From an uncultured Gammaproteobacteria bacterium (lineage in GTDB: Bacteria > Pseudomonadota > Gammaproteobacteria > DRLM01): DNA of 64,000 bases. Location of the stretch: the NCBI GenBank assembly GCA_963729605.1, contig CAVSNY010000007.1:896001-960000 (forward strand), read 5' to 3'. Within the stretch, counting starts at the first letter, position 1; every line of letters begins with the position of its first letter. Shown here piece by piece: positions 22,406 through 33,058 of the stretch. Under the pieces are notes generated by a model that was given only the letters and a program-made list of their open reading frames with translations, had not been told where the DNA came from and did no database searches. The position numbers and the translations under genes were made by a program.

Positions 22406-22687
22406 AAGACCTCCGAACACGCAGAAACGAATGCGCTGCCATTGCACGGCAGCAAGCGTGGCGCGATATCGCTGTTTCTACAGCGTCTACCGCGCGCGGC
22501 GCAGTACTGCCCAAACGCTCACATGCCTCACCGAATGTCAGGAGAATGAAACAATCTGCCAACGACGTACTGCACTGGACGGCGAGCGAACGTGCATCCC
22601 GACATTCAATGAGGAACAGCAGGTAATCGTTGATGCATGTTCAAGATGACAGCCATAGCAGACTTCGCGGGCGCGACATTTTTCCGA

Positions 22688-23461
22688 CTACCCCCATCCC
22701 ATGCGCAGCGGCATCCATATGGCCATTGCAATCATGATGAGATTCTCCGTAAGAGAGACGAAGCCCAGTGGCACATTGCTGTTGCCGCCCACGCAAGCGC
22801 ATTTGAGCTTGCGCTTGTCGATGTAGACCGCCTTAAATACCGAAACGGTGCCTACCGTGCCGATGAACAGAGCCAGGGGCGATGCGACCCACATCAGGGC
22901 TCCGGCCAGCATCAGAACTCCCGCCAGCGTCTCGCCGAAGGCATAGAAATACGCATAGGGCACATAGCGACGCGCCAGAAGATCGTAGTTGAGGAACATG
23001 GTCGAGAAACTTTCGACGTTCTGGAGTTTCTGCACACCGAGCAAGCACATGGCAACGGCAATTGACGCTTCGACGGCATGGATGCTGAACACAGTTCCGG
23101 AGGCGAACCAGCTCACCGCAAACCCCATCAGGAGCGCAACGCTGAACAGCGCAATAATCGGCTGGTAGGTCGTCTCGTCCTTCCCCCGCAGTCGTTTGCC
23201 GAAGTGTTTGCGCGTATCGTCATAGCCGCCGATCCGCTCGCCTCCGATGAAAACTTGCGGTGTGGTCTTGACATCATGCTCCTGCATGAAGCGATCGGCT
23301 TCCTCCCGCGTCGTCAGCAGATGGTCTTCGACCGAGAAACCCTGTCGTTCAAGGAACGACTTCGTCTTCAAACCGTACGGACACAAATGATCGCTCGTTG
23401 CCAGGCGATAGAGCGATGCCGTCGTACCGCCGCTCCGGCTCGGAACAGTCTGCTTTGTCAT
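22688..23461 (-). CDS. Glutaredoxin + MauE/DoxX membrane protein
   Basis: CPYG, TTPQVFIGGERIGGYDD; CACVGG..VSLTENL. Confidence 0.82.
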   Translation of the reverse strand: MTKQTVPSRSGGTTASLYRLATSDHLCPYGLKTKSFLERQGFSVEDHLLTTREEADRFMQEHDVKTTPQVFIGGERIGGYDDTRKHFGKRLRGKDETTYQPIIALFSVALLMGFAVSWFASGTVFSIHAVEASIAVAMCLLGVQKLQNVESFSTMFLNYDLLARRYVPYAYFYAFGETLAGVLMLAGALMWVASPLALFIGTVGTVSVFKAVYIDKRKLKCACVGGNSNVPLGFVSLTENLIMIAMAIWMPLRMGWG

Positions 23462-23474
23462 GGTGGTTCTCCTC

Positions 23475-24674
23475 TTAGAACCAGATGCGGACGCCCGCGA
23501 CGACGCGCGTGTCCTCGATGTCGTCGCGCTGTTCGCGTCGGTAGTCGGCGGTGCCGCCGTAGGCGCGCTCCCACACCACGCCGATGTAGGGCGCGAACTG
23601 ACGATGGAACTCGTAGCGCAGGCGGAAACCGGCCTCCAACGTGCTCAGGCCGCTACCGATGCCGCGCTCCCGATCGTCCTGCCCCCACACTTCGGCCTCG
23701 ACCAGCCACGTCCCGATCAGGCGGTTGGTGAACAGCGTCTCGTACTCGGCCTCAAGCCCGAGACCGGTCTGGCCCGATTCGCCGAGGTAGGCGGTCGCCT
23801 CGACTTCGAACATGTACGGCGCCAAGCCCATCACACCGACGGCAGCAAAGGTTTGCGACGGCCCTTCCCCAAAGTCGTGGCGAACACCGGCGACGAGGTC
23901 CCACCACCGCGCGATCGCGCGGCCATAAAGCACTTCGACATCGGCCGACTTGTTACTGCCGTCGATCGACTCGCCCTCGCTGCGCACCCATACGCGGTCC
24001 AGGTCGGTGCCGACCCAGCCGCTGCCTTCCCAGCCGATCGCGTTGCCCTCGTCCGCGTCCCAGGTTTCGAGCCGGTTGAGCAGCGCGAACCAGTTTATGC
24101 CGTCGTCGTGCACAGTGTGTCCGGCGACGTCGGGGAATGCCGCCGCGCGATCGGAATCGGTCACCGCCGGAATCGGTTCGCGCGGTGCGGCGTTCGCCGG
24201 CAGGTCTTGTCCTTGCATGCCGGCATGTTCTTCCGCCGTCATGCTTTCCATGTCGTGGCCCATGGCGGAGTGATCCATTTCCTCGGTTGGCTCGTCGGGC
24301 GGCATGTCATGACCCATTGCCGAGTGGTCTATCGCCTCCGTGGGCGACATGTCGTGACCCATTGCGGCATGGTCGACCGGTGTGGCTTGGGCCGGGGCCG
24401 GCCTGGAGGTGGGCTTTGGCTTGGAATTTGGCGCCGGCATGACATGGCCGGCATGCGGATCGACCGCTGGCTTTGGCGCGGCGGTCGGAGCTGTAGACGG
24501 CTGCGGTTCGGGCTTGCGGGCCGCCGGCGCGGGTTCCGGTGCCGGCATCTGCATCTTCGAATGATCCATTTCCTGTGCGAAGGCTGGCGCGGACACCCCG
24601 CCCAGCACGATCGCGATCGCAACACCGAGTGCGCGCGTGCGTGTGATTGAAGGTATCGACTTCATGATGTTCAT
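23475..24674 (-). CDS. copB: Copper resistance protein B
   Basis: DHxAMGHDM repeats; GLAPYMFE, LRYEFHRQFAPYIG, GVRIWF. Confidence 0.9.
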   Translation of the reverse strand: MNIMKSIPSITRTRALGVAIAIVLGGVSAPAFAQEMDHSKMQMPAPEPAPAARKPEPQPSTAPTAAPKPAVDPHAGHVMPAPNSKPKPTSRPAPAQATPVDHAAMGHDMSPTEAIDHSAMGHDMPPDEPTEEMDHSAMGHDMESMTAEEHAGMQGQDLPANAAPREPIPAVTDSDRAAAFPDVAGHTVHDDGINWFALLNRLETWDADEGNAIGWEGSGWVGTDLDRVWVRSEGESIDGSNKSADVEVLYGRAIARWWDLVAGVRHDFGEGPSQTFAAVGVMGLAPYMFEVEATAYLGESGQTGLGLEAEYETLFTNRLIGTWLVEAEVWGQDDRERGIGSGLSTLEAGFRLRYEFHRQFAPYIGVVWERAYGGTADYRREQRDDIEDTRVVAGVRIWF

Positions 24675-26512
24675 TCCTCTATCCGCACTTCGCGGAACAT
24701 GCCGGCTTCCATGTGGTACAGCAGGTGGCAGTGATACGCCCAGCGTCCGAGCGCGTCGGCGCGCACGCGGTAGCTGCGTTTGCTGCCGGGCGGCATGTCG
24801 ATGGTGTGCTTGCGCACCTGGAAGTTGCCATCGGCGTCCTCCAGGTCGCTCCACACGCCGTGCAGGTGGATTGGGTGGGTCATCATCGTGTCGTTGACCA
24901 GTACGATGCGCACGCGCTCGCCATACTTGAGCACCAGCGGTTCGGCCGACGAGAACTTGATGCCGTCGAACGACCACGCGAAGCGTTCCATGTGGCCGGT
25001 CAGGTGCAACTCGATGGTGCGGCCGGGCTCACGCCCGTCGGGGTCAGGAAAGGTACTTTTCAGATCGGCGTAAGTCAGCACCCGACGACCGTTGTCGCGC
25101 AGGCCGATGCCGGGGTCATCGAGCTTCGCGGTCGGCGCCATGGTCTGCATGTCGACCAGTGGGTTGTTGCTCTCGCTGGCGGGGTGCTGTTGCATGCCGC
25201 CTGCGCCATGGTCCATGCCGGCCATGGCGCCGCCGGCCATCGCGGACATGTCGTGACCGCTGTGGTCCATGCCTTCCATGGAACTGTTTTCCATCGAGCC
25301 GCCTGACATCGACGACATGTCGTGACCACCACCGCCCATGCCGCCATGACCCATGTCGTCCATGGTCAGGATCGGTTTCGGATCGACTGCGGGCACCGGC
25401 GCGCGCAGGCCTTCGCGCACCGCGAGGGTGCCGCTGACGTAACCGGTGCGGCCCATATCCTGCGCGAAGATCGTGAAGGCATCCTGGCCGGTGGGCTCCA
25501 CGATCACATCGAACGTCTCGGCGGTTGCGATGCGGAACTCGTCGACCGACACCGGGCGCACGTACTGGCCATCGGCGGCGACCACGGTCATCTTCAGACC
25601 CGGGATGCGCACGTCGAAATGGGTCATCGCCGAGCCATTGATGAAGCGCAACCGCACCTTTTCACCGGACTGGAAAATCCCCGTCCAGTTGCCCAGCGCG
25701 GTGGTGCCGTTCAACAGGTAGGTGTAGGTGTTACCGTTGACGTCCGACAGGTCGGTCGGGGTCATCCGCATCTCGCCCCACGCCTTGCGGTGCCGCAGAG
25801 TGGCTGCCAGACCTTGTTCCTTCACGTCATCGATCCAGTCGCCGACCGTGAGCTTGGCGAAGTTGTCGTAGTCCGATGCCTTTTTGAGCCGCGCGAACAG
25901 ATCCGTGGGGTCCAGATCGGTCCAGTCCGACAGCAGTACGACATAGTCGCGGTCGTAGGTGAAGGGCTCTGGCTCCAGCGGATCGATCACGATCGCGCCG
26001 TAAACGCCGGCCTGTTCCTGGAACCCGGAATGGCTGTGGTACCAGTAAGTACCGTTCTGGATCACGTCGAAACGGTACGGGTACGTTTCACCGCGATTGA
26101 TGCCGTCGAAACTCAGGCCCGGCACGCCATCCATGTTGGCCGGCAACAGGATGCCGTGCCAGTGGATCGAGGTCTGGTGGCCGTGGATCGAGTCGGCCGG
26201 CAGTTTGTTGGATACCCGCAGATTGACCGTGTCGCCCTCGCGCCAGCGCAGCAGTGGTGCCGGCACCGATCCATTCACAGTAATGCCGGTACGGGTGGCG
26301 CCAGTGAAGTTCAGCGGTGTTTCGCCGATCGAGAGGTCGAATTCGGTGCCTGCCAGCACCGTCTTCTGCCCGTGCGATTGCAGCGCCCACACAGGTTTGG
26401 GCCACAGCCCGAGACCGAACAGCGCGCCGCCAGCTGCCAGCCCGTGGACAAACTGCCGCCGTGATAGCGCGAACTTTTCCTCGGCACCTGAACCGAAAGG
26501 TCTGGATGACAT
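24671..26512 (-). CDS. copA: Multicopper oxidase CopA/PcoA
   Basis: Tat SRRQF; HWH, YWYHSH, HPIHLHG, HCHLLYHM. Confidence 0.95.
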   Translation of the reverse strand: MSSRPFGSGAEEKFALSRRQFVHGLAAGGALFGLGLWPKPVWALQSHGQKTVLAGTEFDLSIGETPLNFTGATRTGITVNGSVPAPLLRWREGDTVNLRVSNKLPADSIHGHQTSIHWHGILLPANMDGVPGLSFDGINRGETYPYRFDVIQNGTYWYHSHSGFQEQAGVYGAIVIDPLEPEPFTYDRDYVVLLSDWTDLDPTDLFARLKKASDYDNFAKLTVGDWIDDVKEQGLAATLRHRKAWGEMRMTPTDLSDVNGNTYTYLLNGTTALGNWTGIFQSGEKVRLRFINGSAMTHFDVRIPGLKMTVVAADGQYVRPVSVDEFRIATAETFDVIVEPTGQDAFTIFAQDMGRTGYVSGTLAVREGLRAPVPAVDPKPILTMDDMGHGGMGGGGHDMSSMSGGSMENSSMEGMDHSGHDMSAMAGGAMAGMDHGAGGMQQHPASESNNPLVDMQTMAPTAKLDDPGIGLRDNGRRVLTYADLKSTFPDPDGREPGRTIELHLTGHMERFAWSFDGIKFSSAEPLVLKYGERVRIVLVNDTMMTHPIHLHGVWSDLEDADGNFQVRKHTIDMPPGSKRSYRVRADALGRWAYHCHLLYHMEAGMFREVRIEE

Positions 26513-26780
26513 GAATGATCTCCGATGATCGGTATGGATTGACCTCTGTGGCAGAGCACGCGAATCACTGCGGCACATGCCATCGGGTGTCTGCTGCACC
26601 CGACGTCGCTATGGCGGAAGGAGCCAATTCAGAGCATGCCGGATGTGGCAACCCGCAGCGGCTGCCATTCCCGGGGCCTTTCTGAACAGGCATCACATAG
26701 CGCACCGCCATAGAGCCACGTCTGTAGAACTCGCGGCATCCAACATAGGCGATGGTCACTGTCGCCGAGATGACTCATTC

Positions 26781-26796
26781 ATTACATTTGCGTCAT
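26781..26796 (-). promoter_or_regulatory. Cop-box upstream of copAB
   Basis: ATGACGCAAATGTAAT on - strand. Confidence 0.55.
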
Positions 26797-26838
26797 CCAA
26801 TAGTCATTTTTGGATGATCTTGAGGCTATGGGCTCTTG

Positions 26839-27140
26839 GTAGGCCTGATCGCTGTCGGCAGGATCGCGGCACAAACCAGTATCGTGGTGATGCGTCATCT
26901 TGTTGACCACACCTACCGTAACGTGCGGGAACAGAGTCGCCTGCGATCCGCTAGAACGTGGATGCGGCCATGATCGACGGCACCCTGAAATGTCTGTGCT
27001 TGATGCTGATGACCGTGGTGGCTTCCACCTTCGGATTGATGCCTCTGCCGTGGAAGCCGAACGTCAGTGCCGACATGTAGGCGCGCATCGCGAAGCCTGT
27101 CGTGGGCGGGATGTGGTTCTCCATGTTCCTGACTCTACTG
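26839..27140 (+). pseudogene. Decayed C-terminal fragment of a second CusA-type RND gene
   Basis: Manual translation VGLIAVGRIAAQTSIVVMRHL / VDAAMIDGTL..LMTVVASTFGLMPL..ADM*ARIAKPVVGGMWFSMFLTLL parallels the CusA C-terminus. Confidence 0.65.
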
Positions 27141-27245
27141 CGGCCTTTGCCATCTGGTGTCACTGGCAGCTCAGCCACTCCCCGGCCCGAGTAGGCGATC
27201 GCAAAGCAAGTCTTGCTGTGTGGAGCCCGCACAGATGACAAATCA

Positions 27246-27261
27246 ATGACGTAAATGTAAC
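27246..27261 (+). promoter_or_regulatory. Cop-box upstream of the DUF411-copZ-copCD cluster
   Basis: ATGACGTAAATGTAAC. Confidence 0.55.
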
Positions 27262-27396
27262 GCGCGGGTCATTTTCCTGACAGCCCAGCTCTTTAGCATT
27301 GGTATGAAGACGCATGGTGCATTTTAGGACCTCGAATCACACCCGAGCGCCATGAATCCCCCCTGTACCGACAATTAAAGAGTCACGGAGCCGAGC

Positions 27397-27864
27397 ATGA
27401 TGAATGTCTCTATCAAATACCGCGTCTGGTTGGCGGGCCTGTTTCTGTCGTCCATGCTCGGTACTAATGTGGCAACCGCATCGGAGCTGAGCGCAGAAGT
27501 CTGGAAAGACCCCAGCTGTGGCTGCTGCAACGAATGGGTCCAGCATCTTGAAGAAGTGGGCATCCAAGTCCGCACTTTCAATATCGGCAACACCGCTATA
27601 CGGGAACAGTTTGGCATCGCAAGACAGTTTGGCTCCTGTCATACCGCCAGAATCGGCGGCTATGCCATCGAAGGCCATGTACCCGCTGCCGATATCAAAC
27701 GTCTCCTGAAAGAAAAGCCCGAGGCGATCGGCCTGGCCGTACCAGGTATGCCGATCGGGTCACCTGGCATGGACGGCCCGCTCTATGGCGACCGCAAAGA
27801 CCCCTACGACGTTCTGCTGATCCATGTCGATGGCAGCACCAGCGTCTATCAAGCCTATCGCTGA
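27397..27864 (+). CDS. DUF411 metal-binding protein
   Basis: CGCC, SCHTA, EGHVPA, PGMPIGSPGM. Confidence 0.88.
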   Translation: MMNVSIKYRVWLAGLFLSSMLGTNVATASELSAEVWKDPSCGCCNEWVQHLEEVGIQVRTFNIGNTAIREQFGIARQFGSCHTARIGGYAIEGHVPAADIKRLLKEKPEAIGLAVPGMPIGSPGMDGPLYGDRKDPYDVLLIHVDGSTSVYQAYR

Positions 27865-27919
27865 TCGATGCGATGAAACGGCCAATGTCCCGCTTCGGGA
27901 TCAAGAGGAGAACACAATC

Positions 27920-28195
27920 ATGAACACAGTGGATCTCGACGTCCAGGGCATGAGCTGCGGCTCATGTATCGCGAAAGTCACCGATGCGCTGAAAGAGCTG
28001 CCGGGAGTCGATGCCGTGGAAGTGCATTTGGCCACCGGCCGCGTTCAAGTTCGAGGCAACTTCGATCAAGGCAATGATCCGCTGCTGTCGACGTTGCAAC
28101 AGGCCGGGTATCCCGCGCGTCTGGCAAGCGGCGACACCCTGTCCAGCCAATCAACAGAAGGCGGCGGCCGAAGTTGCTGCAGCCGAAATTCTTAA
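27920..28195 (+). CDS. HMA-domain copper chaperone (CopZ-like)
   Basis: GMSCGSC. Confidence 0.88.
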   Translation: MNTVDLDVQGMSCGSCIAKVTDALKELPGVDAVEVHLATGRVQVRGNFDQGNDPLLSTLQQAGYPARLASGDTLSSQSTEGGGRSCCSRNS

Positions 28196-28212
28196 ACATA
28201 GGAAGAGGTGTA

Positions 28213-28605
28213 ATGCACATGAACCGTACTACTCAATTTCGCTCTCTGATTGTTGGTGCCTGTCTTGCGACCGGCTTACTGATCACATCGGTCGCTCAGG
28301 CCCATATCTCCCTCGTCAAATCCATACCGACGGCCGATGCTGTTGTCACGACACCGCAGCAGATCGATCTCGTCTTCAGTGAACAGCTTGTACTTCGCGC
28401 CTCGCGCTTGGAGCTGAGCGTCATAAAGGACGGTGGGGCCGCGGAGAAAGTCGAGCACATCGACGTTGAACTCATCAACGACGGCAAGACGCTGCGCGCT
28501 ACGTTGCATAACCCCCTCGGAGTAGGCGTCTACCAGGTGCAATGGCGCGCCGTCGGTGATGACAACCATCCGATGACTGGCGAATACAGCTTCACCATCA
28601 AATGA
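28213..28605 (+). CDS. copC: Copper resistance protein CopC
   Basis: AQA|HISLVKSIP..WRAVGDDNH..GEYSF. Confidence 0.88.
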   Translation: MHMNRTTQFRSLIVGACLATGLLITSVAQAHISLVKSIPTADAVVTTPQQIDLVFSEQLVLRASRLELSVIKDGGAAEKVEHIDVELINDGKTLRATLHNPLGVGVYQVQWRAVGDDNHPMTGEYSFTIK

Positions 28606-28620
28606 GCGGGCGCCAACATC

Positions 28621-29565
28621 ATGTCCAGTCTTCCCGACTACACGCTTCGGTTCATGCAGTACCTGGACTTGATGCTGCTGTTCGGATTGCCGCTATTCGC
28701 GTGGTACGGTCCGGCCGCCTCAACGACCAGCGGCGATAAGCACCCACCCCTGCCCAGATGGGCCTTGACCCAGGGGCTCCTGATCTGTGGGGTGCTCGGC
28801 TTGGCGCTGGCGGGCATTGAGATTGTGCGCAGCACGGCTGGCATCATGGGGGTCGCGGTTTCCGATCTGGCGCGGGACGACTTGGCCTGGTATCTGTTCG
28901 ACACCCCCGCTGGGCGCGCCGGGCTGACGCGAGCATTCCTGCTGGTTCTGCTGCTTGCTGTACTCGGCTGGCAGTCGCAGCGCGCCGAGCGCCCATTCCC
29001 CATTCGGCGAGTGACCCTACTGGCCGGCGTGGCGCTGGTCAGCCTGGCGTGGAATGGACATGCTGCCAGTGGCGAGGGTGTGAGTGGTACGGTGCGGCTG
29101 GTGGCTGGTATGGCGCACCTGCTCGCTGCCGGCGGCTGGATCGGGGCCATCTTCGCCTTGCTGATTTTGTTCGTTCGTCACGGCAAGCCCGCCGCGGGTG
29201 AGGGCTTGCACATGCTGTGGCGGGCACTGCACACCTTTTCGCGGCCGGGCACGGTCTTCGTCGGCGTCCTGGTGGTGACCGGCATCTTTCACTACGGGGA
29301 TCTGGTCGGCTGGTCCATCGCACCGCTGTTTCACAGCCGGCACGGTAACCTGATGCTGCTCAAGCTGGCGCTGTTCGCTGCGATGCTGGGCCTCGCCGCC
29401 CTGCATCGCTGGTGGTTGGTGCCCCGGCTCGAACGTGACATCCATACCGGCGTCCCCTCGCACTCTGCACAGCACCTGCGACTGAGTGTGACCATCGAGG
29501 CGACGATCGCGCTCCTGATTCTGGTAAGCGTAGCGGTACTCGGCACCCTTAGCCCTCATGGATGA
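28621..29565 (+). CDS. copD: Copper resistance protein CopD
   Basis: Multi-TM; GHAA, HLLAAGGWIG, LGTLSP. Confidence 0.88.
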   Translation: MSSLPDYTLRFMQYLDLMLLFGLPLFAWYGPAASTTSGDKHPPLPRWALTQGLLICGVLGLALAGIEIVRSTAGIMGVAVSDLARDDLAWYLFDTPAGRAGLTRAFLLVLLLAVLGWQSQRAERPFPIRRVTLLAGVALVSLAWNGHAASGEGVSGTVRLVAGMAHLLAAGGWIGAIFALLILFVRHGKPAAGEGLHMLWRALHTFSRPGTVFVGVLVVTGIFHYGDLVGWSIAPLFHSRHGNLMLLKLALFAAMLGLAALHRWWLVPRLERDIHTGVPSHSAQHLRLSVTIEATIALLILVSVAVLGTLSPHG

Positions 29566-29644
29566 CAACACTTGGAGGCCAACAGGTGGACAACAACCAA
29601 CCAGGGACTTTGTGCATGCCATGCACGAGTAATGAAGGGGCCTC

Positions 29645-30574
29645 ATGGAGCTACGTCATTTACGGTGTTTCATCGCAGTTGCGAAAGAACTCCATTTCGC
29701 CCGCGCTGCCGAGCGGCTGCACATCGAACAGTCGCCGCTGTCACGCGCCATTAAGGAATTAGAAGAAGAACTCGGGGTTCGTCTGTTCGACAGGACGACC
29801 CGCAGCACGCGATTGACTCGCGCGGGGAAACTTTTCCTTGAGCATGTGCCACGTGTCTTTACCGCTCTGGAGCAGGCGCGCGGCAGCGTGAGGGCAGCGG
29901 CGGCCGGCTATCAGGGTCAACTGCGCATCGCGTTGTCCGATGGCATCACACCGCCGCGCTTCACTGCCTTGCTGGCGCAATGCCGACAGGACGAACCGGA
30001 GGTCGATATCCGGTTGTATGAGGTGCCGCTGTCGCAGCAGATCAGGGGATTGCACGACGATCTCTACGACGTAGGATTCGCGCAGTCCGCCGAGGTGGGT
30101 GAAAGCATCCTGGCCGAACCGGCCTGGAGTGATCCGCTGATGGTCGCCGTACCCGCACGGCATCCACTGCTGACGTACAAACGTATTCCGCTGGACGAAG
30201 TGCTGCGCTATCCGCTGGTGATGTGCGATCCGCAGTTATGCGAAGGCTATGGCCGGCAGATTGCGCGCATTCTTCGCACCGTGGACGCGGAACCGCTTGT
30301 CGCGGAACAAGTGGCGTCGCTGGACCTAATGTTGGCACTGGTGGCTGCAGGGTATGCACTGGCGTTGGTCGGAGCGTCGCAGCTCATCGCTTGCCGTAAC
30401 GCCGACGTGATCGGCAGGCCCCTGGCGGGACGTTCCCCCATGCTGACCACCTATCTGCTGCGGCGAGATGTTGAGCCATCCGAAACCTTGAGCCGCTTCA
30501 TTGATCGAGTCAGCCCGATTATCACGGACGCACCTTCGCACACCCCCGAATCCACGAAGGAGATCAACTCATGA
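29645..30574 (+). CDS. LysR-family regulator (Tn4371 TraR-like)
   Basis: MELRHLRCF..LHFARAAERLHIEQSPLSR. Confidence 0.9.
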   Translation: MELRHLRCFIAVAKELHFARAAERLHIEQSPLSRAIKELEEELGVRLFDRTTRSTRLTRAGKLFLEHVPRVFTALEQARGSVRAAAAGYQGQLRIALSDGITPPRFTALLAQCRQDEPEVDIRLYEVPLSQQIRGLHDDLYDVGFAQSAEVGESILAEPAWSDPLMVAVPARHPLLTYKRIPLDEVLRYPLVMCDPQLCEGYGRQIARILRTVDAEPLVAEQVASLDLMLALVAAGYALALVGASQLIACRNADVIGRPLAGRSPMLTTYLLRRDVEPSETLSRFIDRVSPIITDAPSHTPESTKEINS

Positions 30575-30819
30575 GAATACTCACTGCGCTTTCGCTCACA
30601 CTGGTGATGACCGCTTGCGGCGAATCGGCACCGACGGAGACGGTCGAGTCATTGGTCGCCAATCCAGAACGCCTGAAGGAACTGCGCGAACAATGCCGCG
30701 CCGACCGCGCCAAGCTCGGCGACGAGTTGTGCAACGCGGTTGCCGAGGCCACGCGCCAGCGCTTTATGGGGGATGGCGACGTGCCCCATACGCCGCCGAC
30801 GGAAGAACCGAAGTTCTGA
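30571..30819 (+). CDS. EexN-family entry-exclusion lipoprotein
   Basis: Lipobox TAC; ETVESLVANPERLKELREQC. Confidence 0.8.
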   Translation: MRILTALSLTLVMTACGESAPTETVESLVANPERLKELREQCRADRAKLGDELCNAVAEATRQRFMGDGDVPHTPPTEEPKF

Positions 30820-31039
30820 TTCAGCGCTTCGCGCAAAAGAATTTCATCCCATTGCTACACACGCCGCAGCGCGCTGTCGTTCGCGGCGTTTCTCTTGTAT
30901 ACGCCCCAGAGATAAATATTGCGTTTTTGCCTCGAATTGTGCCGATAACAGTCTTTGACCGGCACTGATCCGGCACCGAACCTGACACCTGCGGCACTCG
31001 CTTTGCCGCTCAACGTGCAGGAGCTATTCGGAGGCCGTA

Positions 31040-33058
31040 ATGCAGGCAACAGGCGTGCTGTTTGGTCAGGTGTTGACGGTGTTCGGCATTGTGATCGCCG
31101 GCGTGTGGACCGCCACACAATGGACCGCCGCAGCCTTGGGCTATCAGCTACGCCTGGGCGCGCCTTGGTTCGACTTCTTCGGCACGCCGGTCTATCACCC
31201 GTGGCGGTTGTTCGAGTGGTGGTTCTTCTTCGATGCCTACGCGCCCGACGTCTTCACCAAGCGGCGGCGCCATCGCCGGTTCCAGCGGCCTGGTCGCGGT
31301 GGTGGTCGCCATCGGCATGTCGGTGTGGCGCGCGCGGCAATCGCGCCTGGTCACGACCTACGGCTCGGCGCGCTGGGCCGACGCCGCTGACATCCGCAAG
31401 GCCAGATTGGCTCGGCCCGTCAGGCGTGTTTCTCGGCCTGCACGACGGCCGCTACCTGCGCCACGACGGTCCGGAGCACGTCATGGCCTTTGCGCCCACG
31501 CGCTCGGGCAAGGGCGTGGGCCTCGTCGTGCCGACCCTGCTGACCTGGCCCGGCTCGGCGGTCATCCACGACATCAAGGGCGAGAACTGGCAGCTCACCG
31601 CCGGCTGGCGCTCGCGCTTCTCGCATTGCCTGCTGTTCAATCCGACCGATCCGCGCTCCGCCGCCTACAACCCGCTGCTGGAAGTGCGTCGCGGCGCGCA
31701 TGAAGTGCGCGACGTGCAGAACATCGCCGACATTCTGGTCGATCCCGAAGGCGCGCTGGAGCGGCGCAACCACTGGGAGAAGACCAGTCCACGCGCTGCT
31801 GGTCGGCGCCATCCTGCATGTGCTCTACGCCGGGCGAGGACAAGACGCTGCGCGGTGTGGCCAACTTCCTGTCCGATCCGGCGTGCCCGTTCGAGCTGAC
31901 GCTGCACCGGATGATGACGACGCAGCACCTGGGTGATGCGCCCGCATCCGGTCGTCGCCTCCGCCGCGCGCGAAGTGCTGAACAAGAGCGACAACGAGCG
32001 CTCCGGCGTGCTGTCGACCGCGATGAGCTTCCTGGGCCTGTATCGCGATCCCACGGTGGCCGAGGTCACGTCGCGCTGCGACTGGCGCATCGCCGACCTG
32101 ATTGCCGCCGAGTCACCCGGTGTCGCTGTACCTGGTGGTGCCGCCCTCGGACATCAGCCGCACCAAGCCGCTGATCCGGCTGATCCTCAATCAGATCGGC
32201 CGGCGCTTGACCGAGTCGCTCGACGGCTCCGACGGCATCGCCCGCCGCCATCGAGCTGCTGCTGATGCTGGACGAGTTTCCGGCGCTGGGGCGGCTCGAC
32301 TTCTTCGAGACGGCGCTTGGCCTTCATGGCCGGCTATGGCCTGCGCGCGTTCTCTGATCGCGCAGTCACTCAACCAGATCGACAAGGCCTACGGGCCAGA
32401 ACCACTCGATTCTCGACAACTGCCACGTGCGCGTGGCGTTCGCGACCAACGACGAGCGCACGGCCAAGCGCATTTCCGACGCGCTGGGCACGGCCACCGA
32501 ACTGCGCGCCCAGCGCAACTACGCGGGCCACCGGCTCGCGCCGTGGCTGGGGCACCTGATGGTGTCGCGCCAGGAAACAGCGCGGCCGCTGCTCACGCCC
32601 GGCGAAGTGATGCAGCTCCCGCCGGACGAGGCGGTGGTGATGGTGTCCGGCGTCGCGCCGATCAAGGCGAAGAAGCTGCGCTACTACGCGGATCGCCAAC
32701 TTCACGCGCCGCGTGCTGCCGCCGCCGACGCTCGCGGCCGGGCGCTACGCCGATGCGCCGCCGTCCGGCCGGACGATTGGAGCAGTCTGATGATTCCGGC
32801 CGTGCTGCCGCGTACCGCCATGCTGCGGACCTCGCTGACGTCGCTGGACTGCCGTCGACGAAGGCGGCCTGCGCCGCCAGCCCGAGCTGTCTGAAACCGT
32901 CGCCTACAGCGCCGCACCCGAGCACGCGGCCAGCGACCTGGCGCTGCTCGATGACGAAGACGACCTGCCGCTTCCTTCGCCAGTCCCAGCTCGACCCGCG
33001 CTTGCAGCGCGCGGCGCGGCTGGCCGCCCTCGATCCTGACGACGGAATCCAGCTATGA
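31040..33058 (+). CDS. traG: TraG/VirD4 coupling protein, multiply frameshifted
   Basis: APTRSGKGVG, DIKGEN, TNDERTAKRIS and C-terminal DPDDGIQL spread over about nine ORF fragments. Confidence 0.88.

Noticed and set aside
24240-24380. His/Met repeats in copB as a novel repeat
   Set aside because: A well-known copper-binding feature of CopB and CopA proteins.
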